A stretch of DNA of 64,000 nucleotides from Vicugna vicugna (Eukaryota): contig MU058844.1 in NCBI GenBank assembly GCA_013265495.1, positions 248,001 through 312,000 on the forward strand. The letters run 5' to 3'. Both the position numbers and the translations under genes were made by a program. The notes under the pieces were generated by a model. That model did no database searches. It saw only the letters and a program-made list of their open reading frames with translations, and had not been told where the DNA came from. Shown one piece after another: positions 40,500-53,470 of the stretch (its first letter is position 1; each line of letters starts with the position of its first letter).

Positions 40500-43400
40500 C
40501 TATAAAATAAAGGTGACAGAAAGAGAAGAAACAATTAATGGAGTAGATAAATAACGATTGCTAAGTAAGCATAAAAATTTTCAAACAAATGAGAGACAGT
40601 ATGGCAACATGACATCAGAAATAATAAAGAACCAAGTGGAAAACTGGTTACAAGTGATAGTTGAAACATGATTTATGGAAATAACCCAATAAGTGAGATT
40701 AATAACTCAAGAAATATACCTGAAGAAAAAATTACTGGGCTGAGAAATCAAGTCTGAGGAACTCTGCTGTATCAATACCCAGAAGGGATAAATGATGGAA
40801 AATACATAATCAAAATTAAGAGAAAAGTTGGGTAGACATAGAAATGTCAACATGCATTAAAATAGGAATCTTAAAAGGAGAAAAAAATTAACAAAAGGGA
40901 GGAAATGTTTGAAGGGATGACAGAACTGACAAGGAAATTTTTCAGCTTGAAAGTCCTTAGAGACAGCCAAACAAGATTAAGGGAAAAACAAAACCTAGAT
41001 GCCTTATGTTGAAATTTATAACCAGCTGAAGTATCATTTCTATGTGAGTGTGCATAAAAAAAAAAAAGATTCAAAAAGTTTATCATATGAAGACCCTTTC
41101 TGAAGAAACTCTTGAAAGTAGAGCAGTGCATATAGAAGGATGCTACAAGATAAAGGAAAGTAAATTACTTAGAAATATTTGCTGTCAAAATGTTGCAGAA
41201 AAAATGTGTTACAGCTTCAGATAAATGAGGACTGGAAGAGTCATTCAGTGTTATAGCTCAGTATTACAGCTCCGTGTTACAGCTCAGTTGTGACAGCAAC
41301 CTGGATCCGGTCGAGAGATCAAGCAGCACTCGGAGAGTTGGAGAACTCAGGTTTATTATGCCAGCAGGCCCAGAGGAGTTAACACTCCAAGCTCTGGACA
41401 CCGTTTGTAGGTCTACATAGGCTTTTATAGGCTGCCAGTTTACAGTTTGCAACATCATGTGCAAATAAGGTATAACAAAAGTTGACTAATTAGGAACAAG
41501 CTTTGTAGAAATGGACCAATCAGGAGTGAGCTCCATGCAAATGAATTACTACAAATGGACCAATCAGGAGTGAAGGAAATAATCAATCAGGAGTGAGTTC
41601 AAGGAACCAATAGAATTTTAGGGGTAAGTAAGCCGTTTCAGAGGCAGAAAGCAAGATAATGTCTCTGGGCCAGGGAACTGGATGGTGCTGGCAGGAGAGT
41701 AGTGGCCCTGCCTGGGGGTCCTGCCATCTTTTTTATGGGGCTTCCCACCTCAAGCCAAAATGGAATTCAAGACCAAAAAGCACAGGAAACAATGAAGAAC
41801 AATTTCCATTAGAAAAAGGAACCAAGTTCAATAAAACATAATGACTGTGAACATCTCCCCAGTAAATAAAACAACAGCTGGCAGAACTATGGGGAGAAAC
41901 AGAAGGTAAGATTATTGCTGGATGTCTCACATGTCCTTGGCAGAAACTGTTAGGTTTAGCAGACCAAAAAACCCAAAAAAAACTACACACACACACACAA
42001 ATATATGGATTATTTGAAAAACCAAATAATAAACTTAAACATGGAACAAGCAGATAATACATACTCTTTCCAAGCACACGTAGAACACCCACAAAAATCA
42101 ATCACAAAGGCAACCTTAACAAAGTACAGTTAACACCTTACCAGTCATGTTCTAACAAAACTAGAAATCAATAACAAAAGGATATTAAAAATTATTCTTT
42201 GCATCTGAGAACTGAAATATATTCTACTAAAGTTATGCTTGGGTTAAAGCAGAAGTTATAAGGAGCATTAAAACAGGCTTAGAATAAAAAACATTGGAAA
42301 TGCTATGTGAAAGAAATTGTGAAATACAATTAAAGTAGTACCAAGAAGAGTTTATAGCTGTAAATACATTTATCAGAAAACAGGTAATTGAAAGAAAATG
42401 AGCTAAGCTCTTAATTTGTGGAACTGGAAAAAAAATCAGGTAAACCTGGGGAAATATAAGAGAAATAATAAAGGTAGGATCAGAAATAAAATAGAGAAGA
42501 TGAATATACCAATGATGACTTATTTCAAAAGATGAACAAGATAGACACAACTCTAGTGAGACTGATATAGTAAAAACAGAATGACCTGTTGGATTTCACA
42601 TTGAATGGACATTTTAAGCACATGCACAATATATATTTTATAAGGATGTGTGTATTATTTGAGGACCCATATCAAATATTTTAAGGTAGGTGTCTATGGC
42701 GCATAAAAATGGGAGTAGGATCAGTGATTAAAGTAGAAAATGTAAATAAAGAGAAGGGTCTTGCATGGACGAATGACAAAGTTCCCTGGCATCAGATAAA
42801 TGAGGACTGAAGAGCCATTCAGTAATTTGTGTGAGAACAATTTGGGGGAAAAATAATAAAGCTAAAAGTAGTAAATGTTTTTAGGTGGATTAAAAAGTTT
42901 GATGTTAAAATCTTGATTTTAGGAAGGACTTTAAGTATAAATGCAATGGAAAAAAGAGAGGGGAAAAATGGACACTTTGAAATGAAACCTTTAAAAAACA
43001 AATGTTTTCTGTCCATCAAAGAGTCATTTAAAAACTAAATACAAAAAACCAATAAGAAAGAATATTTGCAACAAAGACTACAACAGAAAAATATCCATAT
43101 TAAATGTTTATGCAAATAAATAAGAAAACATGAAAATAGACCTTATTAAAATTTGGGCAAAACTTTTTTTTAAACAATCCACAAAGAAAATACAATTGGC
43201 TAATAAACATGAAAAAATACTCAATCTCAGTAGTAATATAAAAATGTAAATTTAAACTGAAAATTTCCATCTACCAGATTAGCAGGCTAGAACTCTCATA
43301 CACTCCTCTTGGGAATAGAAACTGGTCCCACTTCCTGGAAAGCAATTTCACATTACATGTCAAGATACTTTAAATTTTTCATTTATTTTGACTCAGTAAT

Positions 43401-44340
43401 TCCTCTTCTAACCATCTGTCTTTGGGGAAAAACAGAAAAAAACCCTACACATTCATCAAAATGGGAATATTTAATTTAGCACATCCATACTGTGACAGTA
43501 AAGCTTCATGAGACATAGTCTCTGAATCCCCAGAGCTTGCCACATAGTAGGGACCCCACCAGTGTTCGTTAAATCACTCTGGAATTCTATGTGGCAGTTA
43601 AAAAAAAAGAATGAATTCAAATATGATGTGGAAAGAGCCCCTAGACATGTTGTTAAGTGAAGAAAACAAGGTGAAAACAGGACATACAGGATGATCTCAT
43701 TGATGTAAAATTAAAACCAGCACAAAAACAAACAAAAAAAGTATTTCCCTCCCTTCTCCCCTTCCCTCTCTCAATGCATAGGCAAGTACATGAGAACACA
43801 CACACATCAAGCCTTTAAGAATGACTACATTTGAGAAGGAGATGTGGATGGCCAGGGAGAACACCTATGAAGGGAGTCTGAATGGTTTTCGTTATAAATT
43901 TATTCTCAAATTAATTGCATACTTTAATAAAAAAGTTTCCTAAAGGATACATATGCAAAGATGTTTACGACAGCATCATTTGTAACCATGAAAAGTTGAA
44001 AATAACTCCTTAGGAGAATAAATAAATGTTGGCCATGGAACATCATGTAGGTGAAATAAGGTGTGTTTTTGAAGAAGAGTTGATAGGAAATGACATGGCA
44101 CATTATTAAGTGAACAATAACAACAACAACAACAAAGATTACATAAAAAATATGTAGGCTCATTTTACAAGAATCACTAAAGAAAGTTGTTCAAGCTGAG
44201 AGCAAGTGACCCTAGAGAATAATTTGATTACACATGCAAAAAACAAAGAGCACCAGGAAAGGTAAATTATGTAGGTAATTACAAGAAAGGATAAATGCAT
44301 AGAAAATCTAAATAGTCTTACAACAAGTGAGGAGGTTGAA
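40500..44340 (+). mobile_element. Fragmented old L1M element(s) (ORF1/ORF2/3' remnants), interrupted by an LTR at 41207-41757
   Basis: A-rich, with degenerate L1 ORF2 motifs ('aactagaaatcaataacaaaag', 'tttatagctgtaaatacatttatcagaaaa', 'aataaacatgaaaaaatactcaatctcagtagtaat'). Confidence 0.65.
41207..41757 (-). mobile_element. Lineage-specific ERV solo LTR
   Basis: TG...CA termini with perfect 5-bp TSD AAATG (41202-41206 / 41758-41762). On the minus strand, TATAAAA at 41423-41429 precedes AATAAA at 41352-41357. Tandem CCAAT repeats present. Confidence 0.85.
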
Positions 44341-44344
44341 TTCA

Positions 44345-44863
44345 TGTATTATCATGCCTTTTTATTTTCTGTGTTTCTGATACTTTGATATCAGGAGCCT
44401 TGCAGACCCCAGAGAGACTGCCCCTCCAGGGTTAACCACTGGCTAGAGATAAAAAAAACCTACTCACCTTTTAATGTTCGTTTCATATGCAAATTAACAA
44501 ATCCAAAGGTCACACCACCACCTCCTCTATTGGGCTCTTATACTCTGGGCAACTATTCCCCTGCCCTAATCACCCCAGGTCCAGGTAGCAGACTACTAGG
44601 AACAACCCTTGTGCCCCAGAGCCCCCTGAAATTATTCCAAATAGCTAACCCTAAACTTGCTTACACTGCCTTCCAAGGAATAAAACAAAAAGCTTCTTGC
44701 CAATGTTTTCCCCATGTTCCTTTTGCCTCCTGACTGACCCTGTTGTTTCTCCAGGTGTGTGGGAACTTGAGACCTGTAACAAACTATCTGTTCGTTGGCA
44801 ATCATCTCCTGATCTAATGGCCTCCCCATTCCTGAATAATAATAAAGCCTGTGTTTTAAAACA
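44345..44863 (+). mobile_element. ERV1 solo LTR (MER34/MER39-like)
   Basis: 'tttctgatactttgatatcaggagccttgcagaccccagagagactgcccctccaggg' is MER34/39-like; TG...CA ends; flanks attca / attaa; interrupts L1 ORF2. Confidence 0.75.
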
Positions 44864-47610
44864 ATTAATAATTTAAAAACTATCCACATAAACGCCTCAG
44901 GTGCAGATGACTTCACTAGTGAATTCTCCAGATACTTAAAGAAAAATTAATACTAATTCTTCACAAACCATTCCCAGAAAAAGAGAAAAAACTTCCCAAT
45001 TCATTCTATGAGGCCAGGATGACTCTGAAACTAAAACCAGAAAACTCTGCAAATGTTTCTATTATATAGATGGATGCTTTGACTTACTTAAAATAAAGCA
45101 TTGCTAAATTCCAAATTTCTATAAAAGCTACTGTGTCTATAATAAGCTTTCCTATATCTCTCCTTGTTATTGTTATATTCTATTAATGAAAGGAAAAGGC
45201 ATGCTGAGTGAAGGCAGAAATGGTTGTGACAATGTTATTTTGCTTTTCCATCCTTCAAATGCCAAGGCATGCAATTTGTTTTCCTGTGCAAGCATTACAC
45301 AAATACAATTGCTTTCAGGAATTCTAAAGCAGCATTTTATTGAGTTTGAAGTACTGAAGGTAAGGACTAAATGTGGTAATACAGAATTCTTCCTTACACA
45401 GGTACCTTGGAAGTTAATATGTAAGTTGATTTCTAGGTTCTTGTGTATCTGAAAAATAAAATTGCAATTTGAGATGAAAAAAAAAGGAGATTACAACAAA
45501 ATAAAACTACAGACCAATAGTCCTTATGAATACAGACACAAAAACACAGGGAAGCATTTGACAAAATCCAACACTCCATCAATTAAAAAAAAAAACACTC
45601 CACAAACTAGGAATAGAAAGAAACCTTCTCAATCTGATAAAGGGCATCTATGAAAAACCCACACGTAACATCATACTTAATGGTAAAAGACTGAATACTT
45701 TCTCTCTAAGACCAGGAACAGCAAAAGGCTGTTCACCTGCACCACTGGTACTCAACACTGAATTTCAATGAATTAGGTAGTTAGGCGAGAAAAGAAATAA
45801 AAGGCATTCAGATGAGAAAGGAAGAAGTAAAACTGTCTCTGTTTGCAGGTGACAGGACATTGTATATAGAAAATCCTAAGTAATCCACTGGAAAAAAAAA
45901 AACTACTAGAAATAAAAAAATCAGTGTGGCAAGGTTCTAAGATGTAAGATCGATATATAAAAATCAATTGTATTTCTATACACTTGCAATGAGCAATCTG
46001 AAAATGAAATTAGGAAAATAATTCCATTTATAGGGCGTCAAAAGGAATAAAACATGAAGCAATAAATTTAACAAAGGAAGTGCGAAGTATATACACTGAA
46101 AATTACAAAATATTGCTGAAAGAAATTAAAGAAGACCTAGATAAAGGGAAAGATACCCCATGTTTGTTGATCAAAAGACTTAATATTGTTTGAATGGCAA
46201 TAGTCTTTCAATTGGTCCACAGATTCAGTGCAATCCCTTTCAAAATCCTAGCTGGCCTCTTTGCAGAAGTTGACAAGCTGGTCCTAAAATTCATATGAAT
46301 GTTCAAGAACAGAATAGCCAAAACTATCTTGAAACAGAAGAATGAAGTTGGAAAACTTACACTTCCCAAATATGAAACTTAGTACAAAGCTACAGTAAGC
46401 AGGATTATGTGGTATTGGCACAAGGACAGACATACAGATCAACAGAAAAGGGTTGAAGTCAGAAATAAATCCTCACATTTCTAGTCAACTGATTTTCAAC
46501 AAGGATGCCCAAAGAATTGGATGGAGGGATAACTAGATATCTGTATGAAAGAAGTAAGAGCTCTATCTCACACCATTTACAAAAATTAACTGAAAATGGA
46601 TCAAAAACCTCTTAAATGTAAGAGGTAAAACTGTAAAACCCTTAGAAGAAAACATAGGTGGAAATTTTCATGATCTTGAATTAAGCAAATTAAGCAATAA
46701 CTTCTTAGATATGACACCAAAAGCACAACAACAAAGGAAAAATAGATAAATTGAACTTAATCAAATTTTAACCTTTGTGATTCAAAGGACGCTACTAAGA
46801 AAGTGGAAAGACAACTCACAGAATGGGAGAAAATATTTGCAACTCATATATCTGATAAAGGAATTGTATCTGAGATACACGAAGAATTTTTACAACTCAA
46901 TAATAAAAAGACAAATAAACCAATTACAAATAGGCCTGAAAACTGATTAGGCATTTCTCCAAAGAAAATATATAAATGGTCAATAAACACATGAAAAGAT
47001 GTTATCAACTTCATTAACCATCAAGGTAATGTAAATCAAAACTGCAATAAGATATCACTTCAAACCCTCCAAGACAGCTATTATCAAAAAGGCAGATAAT
47101 AATGTGTGGGTGAGGATGTATAGAGTTTGTAACACTAATACTTTGCTGATGAAAATGTAAAATGGTGCAGCTGCTTTGGAAAAAATTCTCAAAGTTCCTA
47201 AAACTTCTAAAAGCTCATAGAGCTGCCATCTAGCCCAGGAATCCTACTCCTCTAAGTATATACTCAAGAGAAATGAAACACATGAAGAGGTGTACACAAA
47301 TGTTCACAGCAGCATTATTCATAATAGCCAAAAAGTGGAAACAACCCAAATGTCCATCAACTGATGGACAGATAAATGAAATGTAGTGTATTCATGCAAA
47401 GGAATATTATTCAGCAAAAAGTTAAAAGGAATGAAGCATTGATATATCCTATAACATGAATGACTCTTGAAAATAGTCTAAGTGAAAGAAGCCAGATACA
47501 AAGAACTGCAGAACTGGATATTGTATGATTCCATTTATATGAAATGCCCGGAATAGGCAAATCTACAGAGGAAAAGCGTAGATAAGTGGTTGCCTAGGGA
47601 TGGTTCAAAA
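44864..47610 (+). mobile_element. L1M (L1MB/MC-like) ORF2 RT/C-terminal region + 3' UTR, with non-L1 insert at ~45045-45485
   Basis: Degenerate RT motif 'ctgtttgcaggtgacaggacattgtatatagaaaatcc' (consensus LFADDMIVYIENP); many stops and frameshifts. Confidence 0.9.
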
Positions 47611-49140
47611 TACAAGGGAGACTAAACATTAAGGTTGAGAGAAAGAGGTTCCATAGTACAGGTACATATAAGTTACAGGGATGGATCAAAAGCTCTGGTG
47701 CTATTTGGAGACGTGGGAAGGCCAGAGACATTTAAAAATGCTTGTGTTGGATGTTGAAGGATGAGTAGGAGTTCTCTGGGTAGATGAGGCAGAGAAGGGC
47801 ATTTTAGGAGGGGAACAGTAGGTTTAGAAACTCTGGTATGTAAAGCACTGGGCCTGCTTGGTAATTGTGTGATTACTTAGTATGCCTGGATTATAGGGTG
47901 TGTTGATAGGGGTGGAGGAAGGTCTACAAGATAAGGCTGGAGAGGTGTGCCATGCTAAGGAGTCGAGACTTAGTCTGCAAAGGTATGTCTGCATTCAACA
48001 GGGGCCAGCATTACCTTAAGAAGCCTTCAAGGAGTACCTTGTTAAGACAAAAAGGAAGTTGTGCGATAAACAAAAAGAGGCTCATTTTACTTTAAATACT
48101 CTAGAGGAAGACCTAAGCAATGATCTCAAGCCTTGGGCAGAACAGTCTAAAAGCCGGGCTAAGTATTCACTCTGGAGTCCATTCTGGGTCCCTCCCATTT
48201 CTACTGTCACTTTCATCAGGCCTTTTTCTCTTAGTTACCCAGCACCCTTTATTTGCAGGGCTTTTAAAAATAATAAAATAAGATTATACCACTGGCTTTG
48301 TTAGTCTCATTATTGAGTGATTTCAGATACAGGATTCGATGCCAGAGCAGTTGAAATTAACAGAACAACTGACCTGGTGGGTCAAATAGTAATGATACAG
48401 CATTCTTTTTCATCAAGGAATTCTTACGCATTTACATAATGTAATGATTTTATTGAAATGTAACACACATACAGAAGAGTACACCACTCATAAGCACACA
48501 GCACATTTTCACAAACTGAACATCTCCATACAACCAGCACAGAGTTTAAGAACCCCACACTCCAGGAACCCTTCTCGCACCTTCACTCCTCACTCCTCTA
48601 AGTGTAACCATCACCCTGGTTTCTAACACTGTAATTTAGTTTTAATGTTGCTTGTTTTTGAACTTTAGATGAATGCAGAGATGAGCATTACGCAAGTGGG
48701 ATGAAGCCGACCTCTAAAACTCCTATCACGGTGTGTGGGCAGCATGGGATTTCCACCAGGGACCGGCCCTCAGTTTCGGTTCATGTTTCCTGGGCATTGT
48801 GATGAAGATCTGATCTCACAGACTAGAAACAAAATTACCCCCGAAGCGTGAAGCAATCTTGTGAGCATACCACAGGGATATCGTTTGCCTGGATCCCCAT
48901 CACTGCACATGCCCAGCACGGGCCCGCCAGCAGTGCTGGGCATGAAGACTGTCTTCTCATTATGGCTGTGGCTGCTCTGCCGCACAGTGTTTTCCCACAC
49001 CTTAGATGAGTCATGAGATGTTAAGAGTAAAATGGTGATGTCTTGACTTTTGTCCTTGCTTTGTTCCAACCTACACGCCAGCAGCTTTCCCCGGTCCACA
49101 CCAAAAGGTGTTTTAATTAACCCAGAAGAAAAGTCCAGTT

Positions 49141-49363
49141 CTTCAAAATTTGTAGATACTGACAGGCATATGTAGAATAGATAAACAAGATTATACTGTA
49201 TAGCACAGGGAAATATACCCAAGATCTTGTGGTAGCTCATAGCGAAAAAAAAACGTGGCAATGAATATATGTATGTTCATGTTTAATTCAAAAATTGTGC
49301 TCTACACTGGAATTTGACACAACATTATAAAATGGCTATAACTCAATAAAAAAATGTTTAAAA
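49141..49363 (+). mobile_element. Short young L1 3' end
   Basis: 'atactgtatagcacagggaaatataccc...gacacaacattataaaatggctataactcaataaaaaaa'; imperfect TSD aaaagtccagtt / aaaattccagct. Confidence 0.8.
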
Positions 49364-50559
49364 AAAATTCCAGCTGAATCTGCTTCCAGTCCCCTGTAGG
49401 CCCCTACCCTGCACCCTGGTCCTTATTCATTAGCCTGCCAGAGCCAAAGTAGGGAAGCAGGCAAGATTTGGTTTTGATGTGCTTTCCTGTCCTCTCCAGT
49501 TCTAGCCCCTCCCATTACTCCAGGGACCTCACGCCTCCCACTGGTCCCCAGCGTCCCTCACTGGAAGCACACACACACCCCTCCCCATCAATAGCCCTCT
49601 CACCTCCCATTCTCTCCCAGTTCTGCTGTTATATGATGTTGGGTCAATCCGAGGAATGTCCAGTGTGGTTTGGTAGAAAGAGCACTGAATTTGGGAGTTA
49701 AGAGACCTGGTCCTTGTTCTAACATTATATCAGTTAGGTTAGTTAATTAGTTGAAAGTGATAGAATTAGACTGAAGCAAAAAAAGAAACAAACAAATCCA
49801 GTAATGAATGAGTTGCTATGGGGATCAGGGATCAGATACAGTAATATCAGGGTCTCCAGCGGTGTCTTTAAGGCAGACTCATTCTCTTCATGTCTTGGCA
49901 CTGTTTTCCATGGCTCTCTGCCCATGGTGACAAGGCGGCTGCCAACAGTCCTATCCTCTCAGCAACCCCAGCAGAGCACATGAACTCCTCTATTCCAGAG
50001 TCCAGAAATCACGTCTCATTAGCTTTGACTGGCCTCCTGGGAACACACGTCCTGATGCTCTGGTTGGTCAGGCTTCGCTCCCTGGTCATCCTGGATTTGG
50101 GAGTAAAGTCAGCATTGCCCAAAACACCAGGACTGAGAGTGGGAAGGACTGGTTTCTCTTAAGGACTGAGACAGGCCACTGTTTCAGATGTCCTCTTCAG
50201 CCGTTAACTAGTCAATCATGAGAACCTGACAGATCTTCCCCACTCTGGGCCTGGTTTCTCACCTGCAAAATGAGAGGGGCAGACCCTACAACCTCTGAGG
50301 TCTGCTTTACTATAACACTTTACAATTCTACCCCTTTTCTCATGGGAATGCTATGTAGTATTTCTGCCTCTCAGAGAATAATTCCTTAATCCAACTAAAA
50401 TGGGGAAGAGTAGAGACATAACCACGTTTGTGATAAGCCACATATGGGGGGGGGCAAGCCCCACCCTAGGTGCAGCATCCCCGCCCAGTAACCCCACAGA
50501 GAAACGAGCCAGAGTCTGGTGCCAATGGAGAGGGAGGGATGGAATCGGAACCAGCTATT

Positions 50560-51110
50560 CTTTCATTAATTCAGCTGACAATTGTTATGCGCTTCCTATA
50601 TTCCCAAGCCCTGCACGAGGCTCTGGGGATGAACGTGAACAAGGCACAGCCCCTGCTCTCTGAGACGATAGTCTCGAGGTAGACACAGACAGGTAAACTG
50701 CTGACTGACAATTCAGAATGTCAAGGGCTGTGGCAGGATGATATGGCAGCTCAGATGAGGGGCCCCTAACCCAGTGGGAGATAAGATTTAGTGCATGAGA
50801 CAGAATAGTCAAGGAAGTTGTTTCTAAGGAGATCCTGAGCAGGCCCTGGAAAGAGATGGGAGAATTCAGCTGGTTGAGAAAATCAGAGACTTTCTCTGTC
50901 ATTTACAGAACATTCACACTGCAGTGAGTTGGCGCTGGCTCAGGGCATTGCTATTTGTTGCAAATGGCTGTCACTTGGAGTTTAAATGGGGCAGTGGCAA
51001 AAGGTAAGGCCAGGCCTGATTGTCAGGGACCAAGAGTATCAAACCAAGAAGCCAGTGCATGGAGGCACTGGGAAGCCATTGAAGGATTCTAAGCAGGAGA
51101 GTAACACAAT
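50560..51110 (-). mobile_element. L2 LINE fragments
   Basis: 'ttcattaattcagc...' tail and 'gcactgggaagccattgaaggattctaagcaggagagtaac'. Confidence 0.65.
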
Positions 51111-53064
51111 CCCTATCACCTTCACAAAGAATCCACCAGTATTATGTGGCGTGAGGGAGACGTAAGAGCAGTTGTCATCACGAAGTCTGAAATCATATCA
51201 CCCTAATGGTAGCAGAAGGACTTCATGCACAGTATGAGACAGCTTGCTTATGCAGTTTTGTGTTGTGTACCTCTGTTTATTCACACTTTACCTTGTTCTA
51301 CGGAGACCACAAAGCTCACTCTTCAGAAAAATGCCTGCAATAGGAACAAAGACTTCTAAAAAGCCCATCCCTGGTCCAAAGATGCTTACAGGTGATCTGT
51401 AAGTCTCTGCTGAAAATTTGACCACACCTCAAACCTGATTATGAAACAACTTACAATCTCTGCAGCTCCCAAATGTTATTTCAAGGATTGAACAATCCAT
51501 TGGCCTTAAAGGCACACCCTTGGGACCCTCAGCTGGCTGTTCAAGGGGCCTCATAGGTCTGCCTTCTGCAGAGGGAGAAAGTCCTATCTTCTACAGAAAA
51601 CTGCTCTGCACGAAGGGAATCATAGCTCCTGACACCCAGGCTTGAGGGTAGGAGATGATTCCTAACGGCATAAGTCGTCAGAGCACCATGTGTCTGGAGG
51701 AAAAGCAGAGATGCATCTGAATACCAGGGCTGCCTTAGACAGGAGAGCAACAAGGAAAAGTACTAACTGCGCTGTGGGAACAACATCTACCTGATTAAAC
51801 CCTGCTCTAAAGTACAAGTGGCTTCCCGAGTCTGTCATGAATGCATGAATGAATGAAAAAATGGCTGGTTTCCATAGAAGTTTGACACTCGCAGTCCACT
51901 AGAAGGACAGCTGATTTTTAATCACGTGAGATAACAGAAACCTTTGCCAAACATCCTGCAGAACGAGGAATCATTTTTTTTAAAACATACTTGGCTTGGA
52001 AGTGCATTCCATTTTTTTGTACTAGCTTTAATTTTCAAGCCCTGGTTCACTGAAGATTAAGTAGTAATGACAATGACAATGACAATCTCTCCTTGGAGTC
52101 TGTCACAATTTTCAAAGCTTGCTTATATCCACTGTCTCATTTGAGCTTCTCAATAACCCAGCCTGGTGAGTCGACTGGCAAGTGCCTACCGTATAGCCAA
52201 GGGGCTGAGGCTCAGAGACACACCCCAGCCACACAAGCAGCAGAGCTAGGTCTCAAACCCAGGCTTCTAACTTGAATCTGGTATTTTTTTTCTAAGAGAG
52301 AATGAAAGAAGCCAAAATGAAACCAAAAAAACTGGGCTGCAGAAAATAAGGCATTGACTGACGAAGATTTACATGAGGATGAGAAATTAAAAACAAAGAG
52401 GCCATTTTTCATGTGGACTCAAAATATGAGGGCCCTTTTTTCCCCTATTTGTACAAGAGCTTTGTTTTGTTTTGTTTTTTAAAGGCCCTTTCTTCTCATT
52501 CAAAATGAGAAAATACCTTCTGACAGCCATGCAATTAGCAGAGCCTTCAGATACGGATTTCCTCCGTTCCTTGGCATTACCCTTTTTCACGGGGCTCCAC
52601 ACAGGCTCCTGATAGAAAGGGAAGCTGGACTTTCTGAATTGGCCTCTAAAGGAATGGAGCTGAGTCCCACCACCATCACTCAGCTGCACGCAAAGCTTTC
52701 TCCTCCCTCCTGGGCTATATCTAAGGGCAACCACTGCTTTGAAGGGATTTTAGAAAGGGGAGCGGTAGCAGGAAAAGGGACTGGGAACATGAAAGGAGAG
52801 GGGAATGAGGGGAAAGAAAATTGATCCTTGGATGGAAATCCAACAAATGCTTGTGGGAAAGTTATATTTCCCTTTGAAGAAAAGAGAGAGGGCGGAGCAT
52901 AAAACAGAAATTACCAATGATACTACTATCATTGACTCACCGATTCCATCGTTCATTCCACAAACATTTCCTGAGGTCCTACTGGTACCTGGAACCATAA
53001 TAGGCTCTGAGAATCCACACAGCTGGCAAAGACCAGTGTAATTCCTATCTTTCTTGAGAGTACA

Positions 53065-53470
53065 GTGGTGCCAGTTGTGTTCCCCAGGAAGCTGACTCTG
53101 ATACAGATTAAAATTCATAAATAGTAATAGAGAGTGCTCTTAGGATTAACCCCCCTGGAGGGAAGGGAAGTAAGCAGGACTGGGCAGAGGATGCAGTCAA
53201 AATATAAAGCAGCCTCAAGGGAAGCGTGGGCCAGCCCTACAAGGGGTTTAACCAGGGACGAAGGTGCAGAGCTGTGCCCAGGTGAGCAAGAGGGCGGGCT
53301 TTCATACCCCTGTGTAGATCAATCACTGGAAGGGGTGTGGCCCTGGCCGGGCAGCTCTCTTCAGCTATGGCAATGCCTCGGGGGCCAGGAGCTGAGGGCC
53401 ACACTTCTAGCAGCAGGGGAAATAACAGCCTTTCATCCCGAATGTGGATCTAAGTGGCACATCAGAGTGG
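53065..53470 (-). mobile_element. ERVL LTR (LTR40/LTR33-like)
   Basis: 'ccccaggaagctgactctga...ggaagggaagtaagcaggactgggcagagg'. Explains ORF 53134-53511. Confidence 0.6.

Noticed and set aside
39584..40534. Cluster of overlapping ORFs (up to 176 aa) in a GC-rich block
   Set aside because: High GC content suppresses stop codons; partly L2 and probably an old L1 5' region; no protein similarity recognised and few CpGs.
48770..49261. 163-aa ORF on - strand
   Set aside because: Starts inside an antisense L1 3' end and has no recognisable homology.
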